Shown piece after piece: positions 17,784 through 27,620 of a stretch of 64,000 nt of DNA (position 1 is its first letter; each line of letters begins with the position of its first letter). Source of the stretch: an uncultured virus (IMG/VR IMGVR_UViG_3300021079_000006) (lineage: Duplodnaviria; Heunggongvirae; Uroviricota; Caudoviricetes); the IMG/VR virus record IMGVR_UViG_3300021079_000006, positions 1-64,000 of that record; one strand, written 5' to 3'. A model generated the notes under the pieces. The model was not told the DNA's origin, ran no database searches, and saw nothing but the letters and a program-made list of their open reading frames with translations. A program made the position numbers and the translations under genes.

Positions 17784-19925
17784 TTATGCGATTGGAGGGT
17801 GAAGCGCCCTATATTGTTGCGCAGCCAACTGCGCTTCTGCTGTTGCTTTTGCAAGCGCAATAGCGTCAGCGTCAGCCTGTGAAATGTACGACGTTGCTGT
17901 AGCGGTGGCTGTGGCAACGGCATTTCCGCGCCTCCCCGAAATGGCACCGACTTGAACGGAGGCTGTTTTTGTAGCGGTCCAAACCATCCTTTGGCTGTTT
18001 GGATTTTCTTGCGGGGCAGGAGCCAGTGAAACCAGTGTTGTTGCCCCCGTTTCGCCTAAAACACAGAATTGCGTCTCGTTGAAAGTTACCTGACCAGTAG
18101 AGCGGTCTTGGAACGGATCTTGATACATGCGAAGGGCCTCGACACCAAGGCCGCCGCACCACTCGATTAAAAGCGAAAACGCCTTGTCAATATTAAGCAA
18201 AAAGTTGCTTTCGCAGCTCTTTTCCGTTGAATTTGGTTGCACGGATTCCGTGATAAGCCTGCGGTGTTGAGTTTGAAGAAACCCAAATTTATCAATGTTA
18301 TTTGATTCGTAGCTTGTCTCGTACTCGTAACCTTCCGTGGCGGCTAAGATGCGAGTGCTTAAAATAGGTTGGTAAGTACCCTTGCTGCCTCTGTAACTAA
18401 TCTTAACGTCAACAGTCCCTGCAATTTGACCGCAATCAACTTCAGCGTAGGCCAACTGCTTTAAGTCCATGCTGTCTCCGAGCAGCGCTGTTTCCATCTG
18501 GCAGTAAATTCGATTCACCAAAGTGGTTGTGCTGCCATCCTCGTTGATATTTAGGTAAGTGTCATACCTTTCTGGCACAAATGCTTCCCAAAGGTGGATG
18601 TGCGAGCCGTCGTTTGTACGCCCGTAATCTACCGAAAACGCAAAGATCCTCGGCGCACTCGTGACAACCCCAGAAACCCACTCAATAGGGCGAATCCCTG
18701 TCCAGACTCCGGCCCAAGCAGGGTTCCTAGCTTGGTTCCACTCGGCGGCGGCGGCATAATCGAGCATCATCGTTACCGAGTTGACGGGCTCAAGGTAAGG
18801 TATTGAGCAAAGTAGGTAATTTTCAAACGAGGCAGAACAAATGCCAGACAAGTTGGACGACATAAGCCGTTTGGCCTTTGCCATCTCCACATCCTTGTAC
18901 AGCACCTGCGACGAAAGATAACTGCTAGCGGCAACGTCCGCGCTTACAAGCCCACCTTGCGAGTACCACCACATCATCCCGGCTTGGAACGCAATGCTTT
19001 TCCCAGCAATGCACCCCACAGTGGGGTAGAGGACGTTCTGAAAGTTCGCGGTAGTCGCCCACTGCGCTCGGTCAAGAATCCCAGACGCTAGCGAATAGGT
19101 TGAACGGTCAGTCCAGACGTAGAGTCGAGAGTCGTTATTCTGCCCGACATAGTCCTGCATGGCGGTAATTCTACGCGGGACCGAAAAATCACCTCTACCC
19201 GATCCAATCGTGCGTTCAATCCAACTGAGGGGATCGCCAAGATCTGACGCTGAAATAATATTTCCAGACGCAACCCAAAGGCGGTTTCCGGAAAATGCCA
19301 TCCAATAGCCGATTGGAATGTCTTTTAATTGCGTTCCAGTTTGGTCTGAGCCATCCCAAACACCAGCATATCGCACTCCATCTTGAACAACGATAATTCG
19401 ATGCGCGGGCGTGATTGAGAAGTCGCCGCCAGACGAGATGGTTGCTGTCTTGGTAGCAGTTACGAAATTGACCCGTTCAACATTAGGGTCTAAAGAGATG
19501 CCTGCCAGCAGGTAGTCGTTCCAGTTCTTGGGCTGAACCAGCGGGAATGGGCAGTAATAAACCTTGCCATCGACGGAAAACACAATGTAGGGCAACTCGG
19601 ACTCCTCAGACTGACCACCTTCAGGCGTGTAGATTGTAGCGACCTGCGAAATCTCTACACCATAAAGATTTGTGTACGTTGAACTCGCCTTGTACTGCTT
19701 GTTGGAATTAAAAAGTATTCCGCCTTGGAAGTTGCCACTTGGAAGCGAAAGCCGCATGGCAAACCCCGGGCGAGTTTGAACAATACCTCCGCGAACGGTA
19801 ACATTTTGCCCCCATTTAAACTGGTCCTCTGGCAGGGTCCACGGGTTGCGAACTGAGTTAACTCCATGCGTCCACCCAGCGGAAACCTTATTGAGCCGCC
19901 CAGAAGTAATATTTGGGCTTTTCAT
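17784..19925 (-). CDS. Tail nozzle / stabilisation (tail tubular B-like) beta-propeller protein
   Basis: 713 aa; NVTVRGG..TRPG, MAFSGNRLWVA, SDLGDP; positioned after the adaptor. Confidence 0.65.
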   Translation of the reverse strand: MKSPNITSGRLNKVSAGWTHGVNSVRNPWTLPEDQFKWGQNVTVRGGIVQTRPGFAMRLSLPSGNFQGGILFNSNKQYKASSTYTNLYGVEISQVATIYTPEGGQSEESELPYIVFSVDGKVYYCPFPLVQPKNWNDYLLAGISLDPNVERVNFVTATKTATISSGGDFSITPAHRIIVVQDGVRYAGVWDGSDQTGTQLKDIPIGYWMAFSGNRLWVASGNIISASDLGDPLSWIERTIGSGRGDFSVPRRITAMQDYVGQNNDSRLYVWTDRSTYSLASGILDRAQWATTANFQNVLYPTVGCIAGKSIAFQAGMMWWYSQGGLVSADVAASSYLSSQVLYKDVEMAKAKRLMSSNLSGICSASFENYLLCSIPYLEPVNSVTMMLDYAAAAEWNQARNPAWAGVWTGIRPIEWVSGVVTSAPRIFAFSVDYGRTNDGSHIHLWEAFVPERYDTYLNINEDGSTTTLVNRIYCQMETALLGDSMDLKQLAYAEVDCGQIAGTVDVKISYRGSKGTYQPILSTRILAATEGYEYETSYESNNIDKFGFLQTQHRRLITESVQPNSTEKSCESNFLLNIDKAFSLLIEWCGGLGVEALRMYQDPFQDRSTGQVTFNETQFCVLGETGATTLVSLAPAPQENPNSQRMVWTATKTASVQVGAISGRRGNAVATATATATSYISQADADAIALAKATAEAQLAAQQYRALHPPIA

Positions 19926-19926
19926 A

Positions 19927-22900
19927 CTAGAACATTACGCAATCGGTTCCATCTCCGTATGTTATGTTGTTTATCTGCGGAGGTTGCATGGCATGCCCGT
20001 CCATTGAATCGCTTTCGCTGCGCAAATACATAACGGATGCCTGCCAATACTTTTGCGCTTGATCAAGAAAGTCTTTGTCTTCCAAATCAACCGCATGAAC
20101 GCCAGCAATAATTGCGCGGGCGTTTTCAAGCGGAATGTAGTCGTAAACACTCGTGATTTCAGGGCACTTTACGCGATAAATCAAGCGAACCCACGCGGAT
20201 TGCTGGCCAATGCGAATGCGCCGATACTTTGGGTTGGTCTCGGACGGGTGATACTGCCCGATCAGCGCCATATCGTTTGAGCGCCCATAATCAAAAGCGT
20301 AGAGCGAAACATAGCCAATCGTTAGTGGCTTTTCAATGTGTTGCACTGACTTCACTAAAATTGGATCAAGGATGGAATCGATGTAGAAAATGGAATCGAT
20401 AGTGTCCCCAGTGCTCAGAAAGTCTATTCTTCCAGTGATGCTGGATGTTGTGGTTGCATGTGGCTTGGTGTCATACAGCTCCACAAAATTATCTCCAATA
20501 GCCCGGGCGTAATAAGTCGAAGAGTCAGACAATGGAACGGGAAGCGTGTCGCCCTGATTTGCCCGAACCAGAACTTGATCCCCCGTGTTTAAAATAGAAT
20601 TTCCTGCAATTACTGCCGTGGATGGCTCGACTGTAAAATCGCGAGAAATATCAAGCGACAAATACCCCTCGCCAAGATTAGTAAAAACAATCGGCGTTCC
20701 GTTTTGTAAGGTTATTGAAACTTTTCCCTTTATTACAGACAACAAGTATACAGTCGATGCACTCAAAGGCGCAGGCAATACTCCCGTGGTTGAAGAAAAC
20801 TTCACCCTCATGCCCGATAACAGGTAAGTCAAGTACGATGGGATAATTTCGTTGTTTGCAACTATTCCACCACTGCGAGCGCCATAAGCGTAATACGCTT
20901 GCCCAGCTCCAAGTTCTTGGACTTGCAATAAGACAGTGGCACCAGAATCCGTGTAAACTCCTGCGCTAAAATTACTTACTGCCTTTAGGTAATACGTTTG
21001 CGCTACACTTGATGGTGGTGAAGTTATTGGCAACTCGTAATCTGTTTGCAACCTTACTGGAAGGACAGTGGTGATTGCAGAAAAGTCTCCATTCCAATAA
21101 TTAGTAAATCCAATCGCGAATGTTCTGGAAATAACCAAGTACAAAGTGCCACTTCCAGTTGACGTTACGTTTACGTCCGTAAAATCAGCATTTTTGACGG
21201 TGAACGAGTTTCCAGAAGACGGATTTTCAGCCCGATACGACTGCCCCTGCACGAGAGGAATCGGAAGCGTTCCAGTGGACGAGAATTGAATAAAAACACC
21301 AGTGGACGGCAACACGGAAACCGTAGGCGCTGTAGTATATCCTGTGCCTTCAGTAACGACATTTACATTTGTCACAACGCCAGTGTATTCAAACGAGAAT
21401 GTTGCCCCTCCTCCCCCTGCGGGAGAGAAAGAAATTTGCGGGTTACTGTAGCCGTATCCGTAATTAGTGATTGTTATTCCCGTGATCTTTCCAGCGGAGA
21501 CGGCGACTGACGCAGTTGCGCCAGTTCCAGTTCCGCTAGATCCGTCCGTGATGAGAGCGGTCAAAGAAGACGAATATCCAGAACCCTGCGTAAGTACGTT
21601 AATTTTACCGATCCCAAATTGATCCAGCACCGCAGTTGCGCTAGCGCCTGTTCCGCCTCCGCCAGAGATGTTGACGGCAGGGACGTTCTGGTATCCAGAT
21701 CCGCCATTTTCAACAACGTACTCGGATACAAATGACGTTGTGATGGTGCTAGATGCCGTTGCCGTTTTAGGAAGGCTGCTTGAGAACGTAATTGCGGGCG
21801 TTGAGCCTCCTGTCATCACGCTAATCGACGTTATTGTCACCCCCGTTGGAGGCGTAATTACAATTGTATCGTTGGATGTTGGAGAAACGGCGGCGGAATA
21901 ACCTCCAACCGTAATTAAAGGAGCCAAACCAGCGGCAACTGTGGAAACGGACGGGGCAGCGGGGGTATTGGTAAATGTAGCAGACAACAAATTTGTAGCT
22001 AACCCATTGACTGTAAGTGAAGTTACGGTTGCGTTTTGTACGCCCGGGCTAGCAATTGTGAGCTGCGGCTTTAGCTGCTGCGGGGCGCTAATGGTCACTC
22101 GTGGCGGATACAGGTAGCCCTGTCCTGACGAAGTGATGTTAATCCCGTTTACAGAACCCGTAATAGAGTTTACGGACAAAGAAGCCGCTGCATCCGATCC
22201 ATATGGCAAAAGTGTAACTCCAGTGATTGTGCCGCTTCCATTGAGAACCAAGGACGCTTTTGCGTGGAATCCGCCAGTCGAAAGACCACCAATAAAAACA
22301 ACCTTTGGTAAATTTGCGACCGTGTAGCCCAATCCGCCGCTGTTAATTTGTATTGAAGCCACATAACTAAATCCAGTGGCTACGTCAGTGCCAAGGATTG
22401 CTTGGAGCGATGCCGCTGTCGTATATGTGCCGCCCACAAGAGACAAATTTGGAGCGGCTGCGTACTTGTATCCTCCAATGTCTGAAATTGTGGCCGTTGC
22501 CGTTGTGTAGCCTGCGCCCCCAGTCACCAACGTCATCAACGTGATTGGCCCGGAAACGCGAGCTGTGATAAGAGCACCTGACCCAGTTGCAGGCGGAAGC
22601 GTCAAACCAGAAACGGAAATGTTATTTTTAGTTCCGGGCGATGCTGTTGCCGTTAAAAGTTTAGCAATACTGTTCTGGCCAGACCCCGCCGTAGTCAACG
22701 CAATTGGGCTAGACCCACTCAGTGCATCCGAGTAACTGTTATGTAATGTAACCGCTGGAAGTAATTCATCTGGCAACACATACACATAATAATTCTGGCC
22801 AATAATTAACGGCTGAGGAAGGGTGCCTCCAGCAGTATTTGCTTGAACTATGTCCCCAGAGGAGTAATTTGGGTCGGACGTAAAAACCAATTTAGTTTGA

Positions 22901-23985
22901 GGACTAAATGGCTTGCGAATGTAAGTCGTCAAGTCGCTCGATGAGCCAGATAAATAAATTGGATTTGTAGAATTTTGAGCATCACGGAGCGAAGCGTAAA
23001 CCTGCAAATTTACAACAGCACTTGATCCAGAGTCAACTTGCTGGGCAAAATAAGTTGTATTTATTTGCAATGGAACTGGAAGCGGATTTGCCCCACGAAT
23101 TGCAAATGTAACTTCGTTGGGAGAGTCAATCGGCACTGGAGGAACGCCATCTTTTAGCGTGACAACCGTAGAAAGCTGGGTTGGACGAGAGTCCGTAAGG
23201 TTTATCCCAGTTGAGCCAACAATAGACGACATCTTGTACGGGTTTGTCCCGTATTGAGCGTCCAACTCGTTGTCGTAAAGCTCAACTTCAGTGCTGGATA
23301 TCACTCCAGTGTAGTACTTTTGCTTGTCCTCAAGGCCCGCTGGCATTGTGCCTGTAGCAGTTAGCTGAACAGACTGCCCAGAGGATAGCTGGTGCGGGGT
23401 GCTGGAAAGTAGCGTGGTAATTGGATCAACAGCAACTGACCGAGTTGTGATCGTCACGCCATCGGGCTGGATTGTCCCGTAAGGAAAGTCGCTTTGCGCC
23501 CGGACGGTGACCAACAGTCCGTCAACGGTTGTCCCGTCTCCTAATTGCGCCCGCAATTCGCGGTTGTTGCCGTCGGTTCCAATTACCCGGATAACTTTCC
23601 CTGCATCGGCTTCATGTTCAGCAACCGCAACAAGCTGGGACGGCTGACGAATATCCATTTGAGTCGCCACCATCCCCCGGTCGTCCCATGCCCACCCGAC
23701 AGGGTTGTACATGCCCCCTTTGTTGATATTGTACTGAAAAAGCCGCCCCCTAAAGTACATTGGAGACCCATCAACATTGACTGCCAGAGGTACTTCTATG
23801 CCTCTTGGCAGGGTTATTGTCTGCCCGTCCCATCCTGAACATACATCGACCTCAGCGTTCGTATGAAAATAGTGCCCACTCTGCATGAGCACCTGAACAG
23901 CTTGCGTCAATTTCCGGAAAGCCTTGGGTTTGTCTGTGGTCCCGAGGATCTCAAGAATTTCGTCGATGATTTGGGAGACAAACAT
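19927..23985 (-). CDS. Head-tail adaptor-like protein with a large insert of repeated beta domains
   Basis: N-terminal ITLPRGIE.PLAVN and C-terminal ETNPKYRRIR..helical end flank repeated GxLP.PL...YY and GSGYxxAPxVxI units. Confidence 0.6.
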   Translation of the reverse strand: MFVSQIIDEILEILGTTDKPKAFRKLTQAVQVLMQSGHYFHTNAEVDVCSGWDGQTITLPRGIEVPLAVNVDGSPMYFRGRLFQYNINKGGMYNPVGWAWDDRGMVATQMDIRQPSQLVAVAEHEADAGKVIRVIGTDGNNRELRAQLGDGTTVDGLLVTVRAQSDFPYGTIQPDGVTITTRSVAVDPITTLLSSTPHQLSSGQSVQLTATGTMPAGLEDKQKYYTGVISSTEVELYDNELDAQYGTNPYKMSSIVGSTGINLTDSRPTQLSTVVTLKDGVPPVPIDSPNEVTFAIRGANPLPVPLQINTTYFAQQVDSGSSAVVNLQVYASLRDAQNSTNPIYLSGSSSDLTTYIRKPFSPQTKLVFTSDPNYSSGDIVQANTAGGTLPQPLIIGQNYYVYVLPDELLPAVTLHNSYSDALSGSSPIALTTAGSGQNSIAKLLTATASPGTKNNISVSGLTLPPATGSGALITARVSGPITLMTLVTGGAGYTTATATISDIGGYKYAAAPNLSLVGGTYTTAASLQAILGTDVATGFSYVASIQINSGGLGYTVANLPKVVFIGGLSTGGFHAKASLVLNGSGTITGVTLLPYGSDAAASLSVNSITGSVNGINITSSGQGYLYPPRVTISAPQQLKPQLTIASPGVQNATVTSLTVNGLATNLLSATFTNTPAAPSVSTVAAGLAPLITVGGYSAAVSPTSNDTIVITPPTGVTITSISVMTGGSTPAITFSSSLPKTATASSTITTSFVSEYVVENGGSGYQNVPAVNISGGGGTGASATAVLDQFGIGKINVLTQGSGYSSSLTALITDGSSGTGTGATASVAVSAGKITGITITNYGYGYSNPQISFSPAGGGGATFSFEYTGVVTNVNVVTEGTGYTTAPTVSVLPSTGVFIQFSSTGTLPIPLVQGQSYRAENPSSGNSFTVKNADFTDVNVTSTGSGTLYLVISRTFAIGFTNYWNGDFSAITTVLPVRLQTDYELPITSPPSSVAQTYYLKAVSNFSAGVYTDSGATVLLQVQELGAGQAYYAYGARSGGIVANNEIIPSYLTYLLSGMRVKFSSTTGVLPAPLSASTVYLLSVIKGKVSITLQNGTPIVFTNLGEGYLSLDISRDFTVEPSTAVIAGNSILNTGDQVLVRANQGDTLPVPLSDSSTYYARAIGDNFVELYDTKPHATTTSSITGRIDFLSTGDTIDSIFYIDSILDPILVKSVQHIEKPLTIGYVSLYAFDYGRSNDMALIGQYHPSETNPKYRRIRIGQQSAWVRLIYRVKCPEITSVYDYIPLENARAIIAGVHAVDLEDKDFLDQAQKYWQASVMYLRSESDSMDGHAMQPPQINNITYGDGTDCVMF

Positions 23986-23991
23986 GGGCGA

Positions 23992-24354
23992 TTATCGGGA
24001 CTTCAAGTTGCCTTCTTCCATCATTGAGCGCAGAAAATCTTCATCTTCGGGAGCCGCTCCACCGGGAGGCATTTCTCCGCCCATGTCGCCGCCCATGTCA
24101 GGAGGCATTTCTCCACCCCCGGGAGGCGCTCCTGCGGCCTGTTGGTTGACCTCTTTGGCAAGCTGATCGAGGCCGCTGGCCAACTGCATCACAATTTGAT
24201 GCATGGTATCAAAGGCGGCTTTTGGGAGATTGATCATTACATCCCCGCCGGGTCCGCCGGGTCCGCCGGGAGGCATTGAGGGATCGCCGCCTCCGTAAGA
24301 AGGTGATGGCATGGAGCTTGGGTCGTTAGGAGGCATTGTTTTGTCGGTGGCCAT
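23992..24354 (-). CDS. Pro/Gly/Met-rich hypothetical protein
   Basis: Low-complexity ORF with one central helix. Confidence 0.6.
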   Translation of the reverse strand: MATDKTMPPNDPSSMPSPSYGGGDPSMPPGGPGGPGGDVMINLPKAAFDTMHQIVMQLASGLDQLAKEVNQQAAGAPPGGGEMPPDMGGDMGGEMPPGGAAPEDEDFLRSMMEEGNLKSR

Positions 24355-24392
24355 AATGGTTGTGTGTAAAAGTCAAAATTTTCCTAAAAAAA

Positions 24393-25103
24393 TTACCATT
24401 GAAGTGGCGTCATGTACAACCAATTCATTCTGGTACATCTGCCCTCGTGCCGAATGTAATCTAAGACGTAATCAGGCAACACTATGCCTTCCGGGAGCCT
24501 TGGAATTGTCTTATTCCAGTCGTCTACAATGTTGATGATCCTGTGGGTTCGCTGAAATCTAGCTATCAGCTCGTTTGTGACGCCCATCCTAAAACAATCG
24601 TGCATTTCTACAGTGATTGTAGCCCTCGATAAGTCCGGGGCTTCTGCCGGGTTTAGTAAGTCAGCCTCAGCTCCTTCTATATCCACAAAGACCCAAGGGT
24701 TATTGCTCCCGGCAAGAGCCGCCTGAAGGCTCTGATTATTGAACTCGTTCCGAAACGTGTAATCTGAAATCCCATTCAAGTTACACGACAGCTTGACCTG
24801 TTCCAAGCAGGCGGAATCGATGTCCACCATGAGCAAGTTTGTGCTTGGGCTTCTGAGTTTCACCCCGACTCCATAATAGCCGTCCCCACAACCAATATTG
24901 ATAAAAAGGTCGTGGTTTTTAGCCAGTTCGGAATTAATGCTTCTGTGGATTGGCTGCTCAAATGTCCCCAAAAGTTTCACAACGGAATGACCAACTCCGA
25001 AATGAGCAATGTCACTCATCTGCATCCCCATAAATGGCCCAGAGATTGCCTTTCCAAGGCAGGCGGCGTGAATCTTGCGCTCAATGTCTTCCATATTATT
25101 CAA
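24393..25103 (-). CDS. SAM-dependent methyltransferase (FkbM-like)
   Basis: NIGCGDGYY motif I, VDIEGAE, VEMHD. Confidence 0.8.
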   Translation of the reverse strand: MNNMEDIERKIHAACLGKAISGPFMGMQMSDIAHFGVGHSVVKLLGTFEQPIHRSINSELAKNHDLFINIGCGDGYYGVGVKLRSPSTNLLMVDIDSACLEQVKLSCNLNGISDYTFRNEFNNQSLQAALAGSNNPWVFVDIEGAEADLLNPAEAPDLSRATITVEMHDCFRMGVTNELIARFQRTHRIINIVDDWNKTIPRLPEGIVLPDYVLDYIRHEGRCTRMNWLYMTPLQW

Positions 25104-25989
25104 TTAATTTTACCCAAGGTTCGATGCGGTTACTCCAGTCAAAATTTTCCCTAGCGTACTGCTGAGACCGCTCGCAGGTTTCTTTGTAGATTATCGGGTC
25201 TTGGTGCGCCAGCAAAGCAGCTCTAGCGTCTTTTACCCACTCATCTTCCGGGAGACGGCAATTGATGCCAAAATTCCCGTCAAAGTAGCCAACCCCGGCG
25301 GAGCACAAAACCAATCGGCCAGCAGCCGCCGCTTCCATCATGGGCAGTCCGCAGGCTTCATAGCTAGAGGGCAACAAAAGAGCGTCTATCGTCTGGTAGA
25401 ACGAAGCCATGCACAAATGATGCATGAAATTGTGGTCTTTAAACTCAAGCGGCAACCCATCCAGCACCCTTGGGATAAGTTCTTTTCGTTTGCAGTCAAC
25501 TCCATCAGGACGGTTATGGAACAGCGCCCCGGCGTACCCGGCAATCTTCACTGCATTGCCTATAGGCGAGTAGAAAAAGTCAAAATCAATGCCGTTGAGT
25601 ACGACATCTGGAATTCGCGTCAGCCCAAACTGCTGACTAGACGATACCAGCGACTCGTGGACAGCTCCGTAGGCTTTCAGGCCGTCAAACATCTCAGGAC
25701 CAGCAGCCATGACTGCTTTGTGGATGTCGTCGTCGGCGTGAGCAACCGTAATGATCCGCTCTTTTGGAATTCCAAAAGTCTGCATCAAAACAGGAACCTG
25801 CGGAGGGTTTGTGTACCAGTACTCAAACTTTTGCCGCAAGTACTCTATCTCAAGAGCACTGTAGCTCAGATTCCAGTCGAGAATGTGAGAGTAAATACCA
25901 TGCTCCCACAGCCTTTTAATGAGGGCATTGTGGATTGTTCCAAACGCCCAAGCGTTCCGCGTAAAAAACAGGACAGAACGGCTATACAT
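25096..25989 (-). CDS. Glycosyltransferase, GT-B fold (GT4-like)
   Basis: NGID, LLPSSYEACGLPMMEAAAAG (Ex7E), FDW. Confidence 0.85.
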   Translation of the reverse strand: MYSRSVLFFTRNAWAFGTIHNALIKRLWEHGIYSHILDWNLSYSALEIEYLRQKFEYWYTNPPQVPVLMQTFGIPKERIITVAHADDDIHKAVMAAGPEMFDGLKAYGAVHESLVSSSQQFGLTRIPDVVLNGIDFDFFYSPIGNAVKIAGYAGALFHNRPDGVDCKRKELIPRVLDGLPLEFKDHNFMHHLCMASFYQTIDALLLPSSYEACGLPMMEAAAAGRLVLCSAGVGYFDGNFGINCRLPEDEWVKDARAALLAHQDPIIYKETCERSQQYARENFDWSNRIEPWVKLIE

Positions 25990-27124
25990 ACAGGCTCTTG
26001 TAATCCAACCCGAGCGAAGTCAATGGTCTGTCGTGCAACTCGTACCAGCCTTTGCCGTGCATTACGTCCGAGAAATCGGCAAACGCCCGTTCAAACTTGG
26101 GGCGCACCGCATCGAGCGAGAAATTGTCCTGAGCAAAACGAATCATTCGGTCCCGGTTAATAGTTGGAACAAGCCTAATGGCCCGGAGGATATCTCCCAT
26201 TGTGTTGCACCTAAATCCATTCACGCCATCAACGATATATTCTGTCATTGCCCCCGAGTCAGTACAGACCGGGACACAGCCCGACAGCATTGATTCAACG
26301 GCAGTTCCGCCAAACGGCTCCCAGTATGTTGAGAGGAGGAATGAAAACGATGCCTCCCCTAGTAGGCGCTTTCGCGTCTCAAGGTCTGCGTATCCAATGT
26401 ACTCGACGTGATCTGGCCATTTCTCGTACCCCACGTCCCGTGGGCCTCCCTGCCCGGCCACGACCAGTTTAATGCCAGCCCGGAACGAAGCCTCAATTGC
26501 GATATCAACGCCTTTATTTGGGCCGATGCGGCCCAGCGCAACGGCATAAGGCTGACGCTCGCTTTTTGCCTCAAAGTCTCGAAGATCAAAATAGTTTGGG
26601 ACAACACGTCCATACCATTCTGGGTTGCAATAAGCGACAGTTTGCGTCCCGGCAAAAGCCGCCTTGAGCGGATAGGACTCGTAGCATCTAAATTGAGCAA
26701 AAGCGTACCCAGAGCCAATCCCGGGTTCCACGATGATCAGATCGCCGTCTTTGTTTGCGTCATGCGCGGACTGAGCCGTGCCGCCCCAAAAGCACAAAAC
26801 AAAGTCTCCCCGTTGCTTTCGAGCGTAGATCTCTTTACCAGCGTTTTCGTTAAACGTCTTGTGGGCGTGGTCGTCGATTGAATGTTTAAACAACCCCTTT
26901 TTCCAATCGTACCCCCCGTAAGCCTTTTTGAGAGTTTCGTTGTCGGTGACCGTCACCTGCTCGTCGGCATCCGTCACAGAGTCTTTGTGGCCGTAGTGAA
27001 TTGTCTTATAGCCACGTCCCTTGAACATGGTCAGAAACTTACGCACCTTTTGGGTAAAGGCGCACGCTACATAGTCAGCGTTGGAAATTGTATGTGGAAG
27101 TCCAAGGCAATGTATCTGAGTCAT
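25982..27124 (-). CDS. Glycosyltransferase, GT-B fold (GT4-like)
   Basis: LGRIGPNKG, EPFGGTAVESMLSG (Ex7E), DGVNGF. Confidence 0.9.
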   Translation of the reverse strand: MTQIHCLGLPHTISNADYVACAFTQKVRKFLTMFKGRGYKTIHYGHKDSVTDADEQVTVTDNETLKKAYGGYDWKKGLFKHSIDDHAHKTFNENAGKEIYARKQRGDFVLCFWGGTAQSAHDANKDGDLIIVEPGIGSGYAFAQFRCYESYPLKAAFAGTQTVAYCNPEWYGRVVPNYFDLRDFEAKSERQPYAVALGRIGPNKGVDIAIEASFRAGIKLVVAGQGGPRDVGYEKWPDHVEYIGYADLETRKRLLGEASFSFLLSTYWEPFGGTAVESMLSGCVPVCTDSGAMTEYIVDGVNGFRCNTMGDILRAIRLVPTINRDRMIRFAQDNFSLDAVRPKFERAFADFSDVMHGKGWYELHDRPLTSLGLDYKSLYV

Positions 27125-27387
27125 TTAATAATGTTTACAATCCGGCTGTTGGGTTCGAGAGCTATGAACTCATGCTCTTGATTGGCTGGAAGATCAATAA
27201 CTTTACCACACTCTACATCGTCTGTCCAGTTTCCTGCTGTGACTCGTATTTTGCCCTTAGCCACAATCGTGATGTGAGCAGTTGCGTCATCATGCCTGTG
27301 CATGGGAAGAACGTCCCCTACCTCAGGAAAATCGTAAATAGCCCCTTTTAATTTCCCAAACGCAATTGGGATTGAAGTCACTATCAT
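27121..27387 (-). CDS. Cupin-fold protein
   Basis: PMHRH...H.....G and PANQEHEF cupin motifs. Confidence 0.75.
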   Translation of the reverse strand: MIVTSIPIAFGKLKGAIYDFPEVGDVLPMHRHDDATAHITIVAKGKIRVTAGNWTDDVECGKVIDLPANQEHEFIALEPNSRIVNIIK

Positions 27388-27620
27388 ACCACCGTAGGAG
27401 TTGCATCAGTATTAACTGGAGGCTCAACAGGTGGTGCTGGTGGGATTTCAACAAATTGAGTGCCATCCCATGTGTGCGTTGATGGAGACACTCCTGCGGG
27501 ACAATTCACCCAAAAAAACTCAGGTTCCGTAACTGGAAACTGCGCCTCGGATGTTTGTAAAAAACAATACGGTTGTTCTGCGTATATTGTGGAGATTAAT
27601 GCGAACATAATTTTTACCAT
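27384..27620 (-). CDS. Small tail-fibre-associated protein
   Basis: FWVNCP..WDGTQF pattern directly after the Gly-rich fibre gene. Confidence 0.5.
   Translation of the reverse strand: MVKIMFALISTIYAEQPYCFLQTSEAQFPVTEPEFFWVNCPAGVSPSTHTWDGTQFVEIPPAPPVEPPVNTDATPTVV

Noticed and set aside
25201..26160. 319-aa plus-strand ORF and other plus-strand ORFs (e.g. 46929-47744, 54561-55376)
   Set aside because: They are antisense to well-supported genes and show no recognisable motifs.
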